Assembly (NCBI GenBank): GCA_963821345.1
Contig: CAWGDM010000003.1
Location: 39,690-103,689 of the forward strand
Direction: 5' to 3'
Length of the DNA: 64,000 nucleotides
Origin: an uncultured Solirubrobacterales bacterium
GTDB lineage: Bacteria > Actinomycetota > Thermoleophilia > Solirubrobacterales > 70-9
Made by a program: the position numbers and the translations under genes. Positions 1-8,466 of the stretch are shown in pieces. Numbering within the stretch: position 1 is the first letter of the stretch; each line of letters opens with the position of its first letter. The notes beneath the pieces were generated by a model. The model searched no databases. It had not been told where the DNA came from and saw only the letters and a program-made list of their open reading frames with translations.

Positions 1-1
1 G

Positions 2-133
2 CTCGGGATCCCGGCGATCGCCAACGTCCCGCTCGGCCACGGCAAGCACCTGGCGACGATGCCGCTTGGGGTGGCCGCGCGGATCGACGGCGATGCGAAG
101 ACGCTCGAGATCATGGAGGCTGCGGTTCTGTGA
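2..133 (+). CDS. LD-carboxypeptidase-like (peptidase S66) C-terminal fragment, 5' end outside window
   Basis: Frame 2 reads LGIPAIANVPLGHGKHLATMPLGVAARIDGDAKTLEIMEAAVL*. The GH....T.PLG..A..D tail resembles LdcA-type enzymes. Stop TGA 131-133 lies inside repeat copy 1. Confidence 0.45.
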   Translation, partial: LGIPAIANVPLGHGKHLATMPLGVAARIDGDAKTLEIMEAAVL

Positions 134-176
134 GGCGGAGCGAAGCGAAGCCGAGGCGCGCCGCCGTTGAGGCGCC
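130..176 (+). repeat. GC-rich intergenic repeat, long form (copy 1)
   Basis: GTGAGGCGGAGCGAAGCGAAGCCGAGGCGCGCCGCCGTTGAGGCGCC. Near-identical to copies at 53481, 61368 and 61421. Confidence 0.9.
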
Positions 177-180
177 TTAC

Positions 181-1983
181 ATGAGACGGCTGGTGCTGGC
201 GTTCGCGGTTGCGGTGGCGGTGATCGGCGCCGCGATCCCGGCGATGGCGCAGGACGAGCCCTCCAGCGACGACAGCGTCCTGCGGATCGGCTGGGCGCAG
301 GACCCGCAGACGCTGAACCCGTTCGTCGGCCTCGACGAGGAGGACTACAACGTCTGGGCGATGAACTGGGACCTGCTCGTCAACTTCAACCCCAAGGACC
401 TCTCGCCGGCGCCCGGGATCGCGAAGAGCTGGACCGTCTCGGACGACAAGAAGACGATCACCTTCAAGCTCGACCCCGACGCGAAGTGGTCGGACGGCAA
501 GCCGATCACCTCGGCCGACGTCAAGTGGTCGCTGGAGACGCTGGGGTCCGAGGGAGACCTGTTCACCAACTACACCAGCAACGTGACTCGGATCGACACG
601 CCCGACCCGTACACGGTCGTGATCCACACCTCGAAGCCCGACGCGCGGATCATCGGCGGGCTGTTCATCTACATCCTGCCGAAGCACATCTGGGGCGAGG
701 TGCCGCTCAAGGACCTGACCGGGACCTACAAGCCGGACCTGCCGCTGGTCGGAAGCGGCCCGTACATCGTCACCGAGTACGAGCACGGGCGGATCATCCG
801 GATGGAGCGAAACCCGGAGTTCCGCGGTCCCGAGCCCGCCTTCGACCAGGTCCAATACATCAAGTACGGGACCCAGGACGCGGTCGAGCGCGCGCTGCAG
901 CTGGGCGAGGTCGACGCCGTGGTCGAGGTCAGCTCGAGCAACTTCGCCCGGCTCGGCGACGAGCCGAACATCGAGACGGTCGCCAGCGCATCGCCGTCCT
1001 ACACCGAGCTCGCCTTCAACCTCTGCCCGGCCGACAAGTGCCCAGACGCGCAGTTCAACCCGGCGGTCCAGGACCGCGACGTGCGCCAGGCGATCGCCTA
1101 CGCGATCGACCGCGAGCGGATCAACACGATCGCCGCCCGCGACACCTCGTTCCCCGCCCACGGGATCCTGCCCGAGTTCTACAAGTCCTTCTACGAGATC
1201 CCCGAGCAGGACTACCCGTACGACCCCGAGATGGGCAACCAGATCCTCGACGACGCGGGCTGGGTGATGGGCGATGACGGGGTCCGCGAGAAGGACGGCG
1301 AGCGGCTCGAGTTCGACCTCTACGTGCGCTCGGAGTCGACGTACAACATCCAGGCAGCGAAGCTCGTCGCCGAGGAGGCGAAGGAGATCGGCGTCCAGTT
1401 CAACGTCCAGGTGGTCAGCGTCGACAAGCTCACCGACCTGACGATCCGCAAGGTCGACGGCAAGCCGGCACCCGACTTCGACACCTTCATCTGGGGCTGG
1501 GGCGGCGACCCCTATGACCCGAGCTTCCTGCTCAGCCTCTTCCTCAGCACCGAGATCGGCGGGCTCTCGGACTCCTTCTACGACAACCCCGCATACGACA
1601 AGCTGTTCGCGGAGCAGGCGGGGACCTTCGACGTCGCCCAGCGCAAGGAGATCATCAAGCGGATGGTCGCGATCACCCAGCGCGACCTGCCCTACATCGT
1701 GCTCACCTACGACGCCAACCTGCAGGCGTATCGAACCGACGCGATCGACAACGTCACGCTCTCCTGCCCGGAGGGCGAGACCGGCGACATCATCTGCGAG
1801 CAGGTCGGCTACGCGCCGCTACTGACGATGACTCCGGCCGCCGGGTCGGGCTCGGGCGACGGCGGAGGCCAGTCGCCCGGCCTCGCGGTCGTCGCCGCGA
1901 TCGTCTTCGGGGTCGGCGGCTGGATGCTGGGCGCGCGCCAGAGCCGCAAGCGCGAACGCGAACCGCTCGAGCTCCCGGAGTAA
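181..1983 (+). CDS. ABC transporter substrate-binding protein, family 5 (peptide/nickel, DppA/OppA-like)
   Basis: ATG at 181 gives the signal peptide MRRLVLAFAVAVAVIGAAIPAMAQDE. Family-5 SBP-like sequence throughout. The ORF-track start at 130 is inside the repeat. The C-terminus has a hydrophobic anchor plus a basic tail. Confidence 0.9.
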   Translation: MRRLVLAFAVAVAVIGAAIPAMAQDEPSSDDSVLRIGWAQDPQTLNPFVGLDEEDYNVWAMNWDLLVNFNPKDLSPAPGIAKSWTVSDDKKTITFKLDPDAKWSDGKPITSADVKWSLETLGSEGDLFTNYTSNVTRIDTPDPYTVVIHTSKPDARIIGGLFIYILPKHIWGEVPLKDLTGTYKPDLPLVGSGPYIVTEYEHGRIIRMERNPEFRGPEPAFDQVQYIKYGTQDAVERALQLGEVDAVVEVSSSNFARLGDEPNIETVASASPSYTELAFNLCPADKCPDAQFNPAVQDRDVRQAIAYAIDRERINTIAARDTSFPAHGILPEFYKSFYEIPEQDYPYDPEMGNQILDDAGWVMGDDGVREKDGERLEFDLYVRSESTYNIQAAKLVAEEAKEIGVQFNVQVVSVDKLTDLTIRKVDGKPAPDFDTFIWGWGGDPYDPSFLLSLFLSTEIGGLSDSFYDNPAYDKLFAEQAGTFDVAQRKEIIKRMVAITQRDLPYIVLTYDANLQAYRTDAIDNVTLSCPEGETGDIICEQVGYAPLLTMTPAAGSGSGDGGGQSPGLAVVAAIVFGVGGWMLGARQSRKREREPLELPE

Positions 1984-1986
1984 CGC

Positions 1987-2955
1987 GTGTCGGCTCGCTG
2001 GCTCGCGGGGAAGGTGGCGGCGGCACTGCTGACCCTGCTGTTCGTGCTCGTCTTCAACTTCTTCCTCTTCCGGGTGATGGGCGACCCGACGACGCAGCTG
2101 GCGCGGCTGCCGGGTTCGACCCCGGCCGAGATCGAGAAACTGAAGGCCGACTACGGACTCGACAAGCCGCTCGCCGGCCAGTTCGTCGACTACATGGGCG
2201 ACACGGTGCGGCTCGACCTCGGGGTCAGCCAGCGCTCGCGCCAGCCGGTCTGGGACGAGATCAAGGACGCGCTGCCCTGGACCCTGCTGCTCGTCGGGGT
2301 CGGCACGCTGGCGGCGACGCTGCTCGGCAGCTGGCTGGGGGTGATCGCCGCGACTCGGCGCGGCAAGCGGACCGACGACGGCCTGCTCAGCTTCAGCCTG
2401 TTCACCTACGCGGCGCCCGAGTACTGGATCGGGATCATCCTGATCCTCGTCTTCGCGGTCTGGATACCGATCTTCCCGGCCGGGTTGCAGATGTCGCCGG
2501 GGGTGGAGTTCAACAGCTGGTGGGCGCAGGCGACCGACGTCCTCGACCACCTGATCCTGCCGGCGACGGCGATGACCCTGATGTTGCTGGGCCAGTACTT
2601 CCTGATCATGCGCTCGTCGATGGTCGACGTGCTGACCGAGGACTTCGTCACCGTGAAGCGCGCAACCGGCCTGCCCTGGGACCGGGTGGTGCGCAGCCAC
2701 GCGGTCCCCAACGCGCTGCTGCCGCTGGTGACGATCTCGGCGATCCAGTTCGGCGCCGTCGCCGGCGGTGCGATCACGATCGAGACGATCTTCTCCTGGC
2801 CTGGGCTCGGCGAGCTCAGCTTCCAGGCGATCAACGACAAGGACTTCCCGGTCCTCGAGGGCACCTTCCTGGTCTTCTCGGTCGGCGTGATCCTCGCCAA
2901 CCTGATCGCCGACTGCCTCTACTTCTACCTCGACCCGAGGGTGCAGTCACGATGA
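1987..2955 (+). CDS. ABC transporter permease (DppB/OppB-like)
   Basis: 322 aa multi-TM protein with an N-terminal LTLLFVLVFNFFLFRVMGDP motif typical of Opp/Dpp permeases. Starts 4 nt after the SBP stop. Confidence 0.9.
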   Translation: MSARWLAGKVAAALLTLLFVLVFNFFLFRVMGDPTTQLARLPGSTPAEIEKLKADYGLDKPLAGQFVDYMGDTVRLDLGVSQRSRQPVWDEIKDALPWTLLLVGVGTLAATLLGSWLGVIAATRRGKRTDDGLLSFSLFTYAAPEYWIGIILILVFAVWIPIFPAGLQMSPGVEFNSWWAQATDVLDHLILPATAMTLMLLGQYFLIMRSSMVDVLTEDFVTVKRATGLPWDRVVRSHAVPNALLPLVTISAIQFGAVAGGAITIETIFSWPGLGELSFQAINDKDFPVLEGTFLVFSVGVILANLIADCLYFYLDPRVQSR

Positions 2956-2970
2956 GCTTGGGAGGCGATC

Positions 2971-3876
2971 ATGGGCGGTGAGCAGGCCGGCGCCGCGGTC
3001 GAGGTCTTCGCGCAGCCCGAGTTCGGCGACGATCGCGAGCCGAGCATCCGCCGGATGCTGCTCGGCAACTGGCGCGGGCGCTTCGGGGTCGCGATCCTCT
3101 CCCTGGCGGTGTTCGTCGCCGTGTTCGGCTCGGTGCTCGCACCGTACGACCCGAATGCGTCGAGCCTGGACGTGCTGCAGCCGCCGAGCTGGTCACACAT
3201 CCTCGGAACGACCGAGAACGGAGCCGACGTCTTCTCGCAGATCCTGGTCGGCGCCCGGGTCTCGATCGTCGTCGGCTTCGCGGCGGCGATCATCTCCGCG
3301 GTCGTCGGCTCGGTCGTCGGGCTGACCGGCGGCTACTTCGGCGGCTGGACCGACAAGATCCTCGACTCGCTCGAGAACTGGTTCCTGGTCATTCCCACGC
3401 TGCCGCTGATGATCGTCCTGGCGCGGCTGCTGAACCCGTCGCTGATCGTCCTGATCGCGGTGATCGGGCTGACGTCCTGGGCGGGGACCGGGCGGATCGT
3501 CCGCGCCCAGGTGCTCACCCTGCGAGAGCGCGCGTTCGTCGAGCGGGCCCGGGCGCTCGGAGCCGGCGACACCTACATCATCAAGACCCACATCCTCCCG
3601 AACACGCTGCCGCTGATCTTCGCCAACACGGTGCTGATCGTCGCGGTCGCGATCCTCTCCGAGGCGGCGCTTTCGTTCCTCGGCCTCGGCGACCCGACCC
3701 GGATCTCGTGGGGGACGATGCTCGAGAACGCCTTCGAGTCCGGCGCCCCGAGCCAGGGTGCGTGGTGGTACGTCGTCCCGCCCGGCCTCTGCATCACGAT
3801 CGTCGTGCTCGCGGTCGCGATGCTCGGGTACCTGCTCGAGGAGTACGTCAACCCGCGGCTAAGGGACGAGCGGTGA
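2971..3876 (+). CDS. ABC transporter permease (DppC/OppC-like)
   Basis: 301 aa. GGGAGG RBS upstream of ATG 2971. Contains HILGTTENGADVFSQ and EAALSFLGLGDP motifs typical of OppC. Confidence 0.9.
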   Translation: MGGEQAGAAVEVFAQPEFGDDREPSIRRMLLGNWRGRFGVAILSLAVFVAVFGSVLAPYDPNASSLDVLQPPSWSHILGTTENGADVFSQILVGARVSIVVGFAAAIISAVVGSVVGLTGGYFGGWTDKILDSLENWFLVIPTLPLMIVLARLLNPSLIVLIAVIGLTSWAGTGRIVRAQVLTLRERAFVERARALGAGDTYIIKTHILPNTLPLIFANTVLIVAVAILSEAALSFLGLGDPTRISWGTMLENAFESGAPSQGAWWYVVPPGLCITIVVLAVAMLGYLLEEYVNPRLRDER

Positions 3877-5855
3877 CGAGCGGCGAGAAACTGCTCGAGG
3901 TCCGTGACCTGCACGTCCGCTATCGCTCGCACGCGATCGTCGACGGGGTCGACCTCGAGATCGCAGCGGGCGAGGCGGTCGGCCTCGCGGGCGAGTCCGG
4001 GTGCGGCAAGACGACGACGGCGCTGGCGATGATGAAGCTGCTGCCGCCGGCGCTCGAGCAGTCGGGGTCGATCACCCTGCGGCCGCCCGGGGTCGAGCCG
4101 ATCAACATCGGCCGGCGCACCGAGCGCGGAATGGGCCTGGTCCGCTGGCGTCACATCTCGCTCGTCTTCCAGGGCGCGATGAACTCGCTCGACCCGGTGC
4201 AGCGGGTCGACGACCAGATCGCCGAGGCAATTCAGCTGCACGAGCGGGTCGCGTCGAAGGCCGCCCTGGGCGAGCGGATCGACGAGCTGCTGACGACCGT
4301 GGGGATCACGCCGGGCCTCGGGCGCCGCTACGCCCACCAGCTCTCCGGCGGCCAGCGCCAGCGGGTGATGATCGCCCTGGCGCTCGCCTGCCGGCCCTCG
4401 CTGGTGATCGCCGACGAGCCGACGACGGCGCTCGACGTGGTCATGCAGGCGCAGGTCCTGCAGCTGCTCGAGCGGCTTCGCGAGCAGCTCGGCCTGGCCC
4501 TGATCCTGATCTCGCACGACCTCGGCGCGCTGGCCGAGACCTGCGACCGGATCTGCGTCATGTACGCGGGACGGGTGGTCGAGCAGGGGTCGGTGGAGTC
4601 GGTCTTCGGGTCGCCCCAGCACCCGTACACGAAGCGACTGCTCGACACGCTGCCGGTGATCGGCGGCGACCGCGCGCTGGCGGCGCCGATCCCCGGTGGC
4701 CCACCCGACCCCGGGGAGCTGCCTGAGGGCTGCCGCTTTGCGCCCCGCTGCCCCTACGCCGCCGAGCGCTGCGATCAGGATCCTCCGCTGCGCGAGGTGG
4801 CCCCCGGCCACGGCGCCGCCTGCCACTACTCGCCCTGGAGCGAGTGGCCGGAGGTCAAGCCGGCGACCGCGGAGACGGTGCGGATGACCGACAGCCTGCT
4901 CGAGGCCCGCGACGTCGAGGTCCAGTTCGGCTCGCGGGGCACCGTCGCCCGGGCCCTCGACGGCGTCTCGCTCGACTGGCGCCGCGGCGAGATCCTCGGC
5001 GTCGTCGGCGAGTCGGGCTGCGGCAAGTCGACCCTGGCCCGGACGCTGCTCGGCCTGCAGCCGGCGGTCGGCGGCACCGTCGCCCTGGACGGCGCCGGGG
5101 TCGACGGCCGCCAGGTGAGGGCCGAGCTGCGCCGCCGGGTGCAGATGATCTTCCAGGACCCCTACCAGACGCTCAACCCGCGCCAGCGGGTGAGGGCGAT
5201 CGTCTCCGAGCCGCTGGTGGTCCAGAAGGTCGCCGGGGACGAGCGCGATGATCGCGTCCGCCGGGCGCTGACCGACGTCGGCCTCGACCCGGAGCGCTTC
5301 CTCGATCGCTACCCCCACCAGCTCTCCGGCGGCCAGCGCCAGCGGGCCGCGATCGCCGCGGCGCTGGTGCTGGAGCCCGAGGGGCTGATCTGCGACGAGC
5401 CGGTCTCGATGCTCGACGCCTCGGTCCGCGCGCAGATCCTCGCCGTCCTGGTCGAGCTCCAGAAGCGCCGCGAGCTGGCGCTGCTGTTCATCACCCACGA
5501 CCTCAGCCTCGCCTGGTCGCTATGCGACCGGCTCGCGGTCATGTACCTGGGCCGGGTGGTCGAGCAGGGACGGGCCACCGACGTGATCGAGCACCCGCAG
5601 CATCCCTACACCCAGGCGCTGGTTGACGCGGTGCCGGTCCCGGCGGCCGGTGGCGGCGGCCGGCGCGAGCTGCTCGGCGGCGAGCTTCCCGACGCCACCG
5701 ATGTGCCGACGGGATGTCGCTTCCACCCGCGCTGCCCGCGCCGCTTCGCGCCCTGCGACAAGATCGACCCGTCGCTGATCGCCGCCGGCGCCCCAGACCA
5801 GCTCGCCGCCTGCCTGCTCCACGATCCCGAGCACGCCGGCGAGGCACATGGCTGA
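3873..5855 (+). CDS. Fused double ABC ATP-binding protein (DppD-DppF type)
   Basis: GTG 3873 overlaps the permease stop (GTGA). Two Walker A motifs ([16 protein letters not shown]), two LSGGQRQR signatures and two oligopeptide C-terminal Cys motifs ([18 protein letters not shown]). Confidence 0.9.
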   Translation: MTSGEKLLEVRDLHVRYRSHAIVDGVDLEIAAGEAVGLAGESGCGKTTTALAMMKLLPPALEQSGSITLRPPGVEPINIGRRTERGMGLVRWRHISLVFQGAMNSLDPVQRVDDQIAEAIQLHERVASKAALGERIDELLTTVGITPGLGRRYAHQLSGGQRQRVMIALALACRPSLVIADEPTTALDVVMQAQVLQLLERLREQLGLALILISHDLGALAETCDRICVMYAGRVVEQGSVESVFGSPQHPYTKRLLDTLPVIGGDRALAAPIPGGPPDPGELPEGCRFAPRCPYAAERCDQDPPLREVAPGHGAACHYSPWSEWPEVKPATAETVRMTDSLLEARDVEVQFGSRGTVARALDGVSLDWRRGEILGVVGESGCGKSTLARTLLGLQPAVGGTVALDGAGVDGRQVRAELRRRVQMIFQDPYQTLNPRQRVRAIVSEPLVVQKVAGDERDDRVRRALTDVGLDPERFLDRYPHQLSGGQRQRAAIAAALVLEPEGLICDEPVSMLDASVRAQILAVLVELQKRRELALLFITHDLSLAWSLCDRLAVMYLGRVVEQGRATDVIEHPQHPYTQALVDAVPVPAAGGGGRRELLGGELPDATDVPTGCRFHPRCPRRFAPCDKIDPSLIAAGAPDQLAACLLHDPEHAGEAHG

Positions 5856-5864
5856 GCCGAATAC

Positions 5865-5903
5865 GGCGCCTCAACCACGGCGCGACTCGGCCACGCCTCG
5901 CAG
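5865..5903 (-). repeat. GC-rich intergenic repeat, short form, inverted (copy 2)
   Basis: The reverse complement CTGCGAGGCGTGGCCGAGTCGCGCCGTGGTTGAGGCGCC matches copy 4 (40723-40761) closely. Confidence 0.8.
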
Positions 5904-5934
5904 GTGGCGCGGGATCGCCGGCCCGGTCGGCCGG

Positions 5935-6840
5935 ATGGAGCCGGGCCCGCGCAACGCGATCACCGACGTCCCCGGCGTCCGGGTGGGCCATTCGCAGGCG
6001 GCGAGCGGTGAGCGCACCGGGGTGACCGTGGTCGAGCCGCCGTCGCTGCCGGCGCCCGCCGGGACCGCGGTCGTCAACGGGATGGGCGAGCTGACCGGGA
6101 AGATCGAGATCGACGAGCGCGGCGGGATGGCGACGCCGCTGTATCTGTGCGGCTCGCACGCGGTCGGCGCGGTTCACCACGCCGCCGTGCTCGCCTCCGG
6201 GCGCGGCCCCGAGGACATCGTTCTGCCCGTGGTCGGCGAGTGCGACGACGGCTGGATGGCCGACTCGCGGACCGTGACCACCGCCGACGTCGAGGCCGCG
6301 ATCGCCGAACTGGGCGCCGAGGTCGCCGAGGGCACGGTCGGGGCCGGTACGGGGATGAGCACCTTCGACTTCCCCGGCGGGATCGGCACCGCCTCGCGCG
6401 TGGTTGGCTCCCACCACGTCGGCGTGCTGCTGCTCTGCAACTTCGGCGACCGCGAGCGCCTCGACCTGCTCGGCGCCTCGCTCGAGCCCGCCGCCTACAC
6501 GGGCACCCCTGCGGGTTCCTGCATCGCCGTCTGCGCGACCGACGCGCCGATGGCCCCGCACCAGCTGCGCCGGATGGCACTGCGGCCGCTGCTCGGCCTC
6601 GCCCGCGCCGGCTCCTACGGCTCCGAGGGCTCCGGCGAGATCGGGCTTGCCTTCTCGACCGGCGAGCCGTTCACGTTCTCCAACGACGACCTCGACCCGT
6701 ACTTCGCCGCCGCCTTTGAGGCCGCCCATGAAGCCGTCTTCAACTGCCTGGTCGCCGGCCGTCCGGGCGAGCGCCGCGACGGGTCGATGCAGGAGCGGTT
6801 CCCGGTCGAGCTCGCCGAGCGCCTCGCCCGCGAACGATGA
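5935..6840 (+). CDS. P1/DmpA family aminopeptidase (peptidase S58)
   Basis: MEPGPRNAITDVPGVRVGH..., GAGTGMSTFDFPGGIGTAS, SCIAVCATDAP. Start moved to ATG 5935, downstream of the repeat. Confidence 0.8.
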   Translation: MEPGPRNAITDVPGVRVGHSQAASGERTGVTVVEPPSLPAPAGTAVVNGMGELTGKIEIDERGGMATPLYLCGSHAVGAVHHAAVLASGRGPEDIVLPVVGECDDGWMADSRTVTTADVEAAIAELGAEVAEGTVGAGTGMSTFDFPGGIGTASRVVGSHHVGVLLLCNFGDRERLDLLGASLEPAAYTGTPAGSCIAVCATDAPMAPHQLRRMALRPLLGLARAGSYGSEGSGEIGLAFSTGEPFTFSNDDLDPYFAAAFEAAHEAVFNCLVAGRPGERRDGSMQERFPVELAERLARER

Positions 6841-8141
6841 GCGACGAGACGCTGCGCGACCAGGTGGTCGAGCTGGCCCGGGCTCTGATCCGCCTCGACA
6901 CCTCCAACCCGCCCGGGGACGAGACCCCGGCGGCCGAGCTGCTCGCCGCCTTCCTCGGCGAGGCGGGGGTGGCGGCGGAGCTGGTCGGGCCCGACCCGCG
7001 GCGGCTCAACCTGGTGGCGCGGATCGCCGGCTCGGGGGAGGGGCCGTCGCTGATGCTGATGGCCCACACCGACGTCGTCCCGGCGCCGCCGGACGGCTGG
7101 AGCGTCGACCCGTTCGAGGGGGCCGTCCGCGACGGCCGGCTGATCGGCCGCGGCGCGACCGACATGAAGAACGAGCTCGCGGCGCGCGCCGTCGCCTTCG
7201 CCGCCTACGCCCGCTCCGGCGAGTCGCCGACCGGGGACGTGCTCCTGGTCGCCGAGGCGGACGAGGAGCGCAACGTCTCCGACGTCGGCATGTCGTGGCT
7301 GGTTCGCGAGCGTCCCGACCTGTGCTGCGACTACGCCCTCGACGAGGGCGGCGGCGCCCTGCTCGAGCTGGCCGACGGGCGGCGGGTGGTCACCGTCTCG
7401 GTCGGAGAGAAGCAGGTCACCTCGCTGCGCCTGCGCGTCCGGGGGACCGCTGGCCACGCCTCGGTACCCGGGCCCGACAACGCGGTCGCCAACGCGGCGC
7501 TCGCGGTTCGCAGCCTGGTCGACAACCCGGCGGCGATCGAGCTGATCCCCGCGGTCGCCCGGGCCCTCGACGCGCTCGGCGCGCCGCCCGGTCCCGACGC
7601 CGAGCGGCTCGAGTGGGCGGGCCGGCTGCACCCGGTGCTCGCCGAAACCCTGCCGGCGATGTCGCGGCTGACCGTGACCCCGACCGGGACCGAGGCGGGC
7701 GAGCCCGCAAACGTGATCCCGCCATTCGCGGACGTGATCTGCGACTGCCGGGCGCTGCCGGGACAGGGCGAGGCCGAGATCCGCGCCCATGTCGCCACCG
7801 CGCTCGGCGACGGGATCGCGTACGAGCTCGAGCTGCTCGAGCCCCTTGCCGGCGGCACCGAGTCGCCGCTCGACACGCCGCTGTACGCCGAGCTCGAGAG
7901 CTACGTCGCCGAGCGCGCGGACGCGACCCTGCTGCCGCTGATCTCGACCGGGTTCACCGATTCGCACTGGGTCCGCGACGCGTTCGAGACCGTCGCCTAC
8001 GGCTTCGCCCCGGTCCTGCACGGCGACCCGGTCGCCTATCTGAGCGCGGCCCACGCCGACGACGAGTCGATCGGCCTCGACGACCTCGCCGAGATGGCCG
8101 AGTTTCATCTGCGGGCGATCCGGACGCTCGCCGGGCGCTGA
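6837..8141 (+). CDS. M20 family metallopeptidase (ArgE/DapE/CPG2-like)
   Basis: LIRLDTSNPPG, MLMAHTDVVPA, GRGATDMK, EADEE motifs. ATGA overlap with the upstream gene. Confidence 0.85.
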   Translation: MSDETLRDQVVELARALIRLDTSNPPGDETPAAELLAAFLGEAGVAAELVGPDPRRLNLVARIAGSGEGPSLMLMAHTDVVPAPPDGWSVDPFEGAVRDGRLIGRGATDMKNELAARAVAFAAYARSGESPTGDVLLVAEADEERNVSDVGMSWLVRERPDLCCDYALDEGGGALLELADGRRVVTVSVGEKQVTSLRLRVRGTAGHASVPGPDNAVANAALAVRSLVDNPAAIELIPAVARALDALGAPPGPDAERLEWAGRLHPVLAETLPAMSRLTVTPTGTEAGEPANVIPPFADVICDCRALPGQGEAEIRAHVATALGDGIAYELELLEPLAGGTESPLDTPLYAELESYVAERADATLLPLISTGFTDSHWVRDAFETVAYGFAPVLHGDPVAYLSAAHADDESIGLDDLAEMAEFHLRAIRTLAGR

Positions 8142-8155
8142 TCTACAATACCCCC

Positions 8156-8437
8156 ATGGGGTACCCAGGCTATATCGACGACAAGGAGCAATTGCTGCGG
8201 CGGCTGCGGCGGATCTCGGGCCAGATCGGCGGGCTCGAGCGGATGGTCGACGAGGAGCGCTACTGCATCGACATCCTCACCCAGGTATCGGCGGTGCAGG
8301 CGGCGCTCGACAAGGTGGCGCTCGGCGTGCTCGACGACCATGCGCGCCATTGCGTGGTCGGCGCGACGGAGGCCGATCGCGACGAGCGCACCGCGGAGAT
8401 GATGGGCGCGGTCGGGCGCCTCCTGCGCAGTCGTTAG
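8156..8437 (+). CDS. csoR: CsoR/RcnR family metal-sensing repressor
   Basis: 93 aa: LLRRLRRISGQIGGLERMVDEERYCIDILTQVSAVQAAL...DHARHC. The C...HxxxC ligand pattern matches Cu(I)-CsoR. It is hidden at the end of the artefactual 677-aa ORF 6404-8437. Confidence 0.8.
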   Translation: MGYPGYIDDKEQLLRRLRRISGQIGGLERMVDEERYCIDILTQVSAVQAALDKVALGVLDDHARHCVVGATEADRDERTAEMMGAVGRLLRSR

Positions 8438-8466
8438 CTCGATGATCATCTAGCTTTCGCCATCGC

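Noticed and set aside
130-180. N-terminal extensions (MRRSEAKPRRAAVEAP and similar) suggested by the ORF track at 130, 5848 and 60286.
   Set aside because: These residues are translations of the intergenic repeat. Proper ATG starts with sensible N-termini follow at 181, 5935 and 60415.
3573-5498. 641-aa minus-strand ORF antisense to the ABC ATPase. Similar long antisense or off-frame ORFs occur at 1819-2700, 6615-8108, 8509-10023, 10147-11190, 11976-13391, 13193-14479, 16851-17828, 17783-18721, 18718-19932, 19470-20816, 26256-27503, 34068-35981, 36129-37835, 45466-47862, 51680-53713, 53528-55102, 56441-57652, 58908-60314 and 62167-63603.
   Set aside because: All are Arg/Gly/Pro/Asp/His-rich low-complexity translations lying opposite or out of frame to genes with clear family motifs. 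This is the usual shadow-ORF artefact of very GC-rich DNA.
6404-8437. 677-aa plus-strand ORF spanning the DmpA and M20 genes.
   Set aside because: It is Arg/Pro-rich nonsense for its first roughly 580 residues and overlaps two well-supported genes. Only the last 93 codons (8156-8437) form a real CsoR-family gene.
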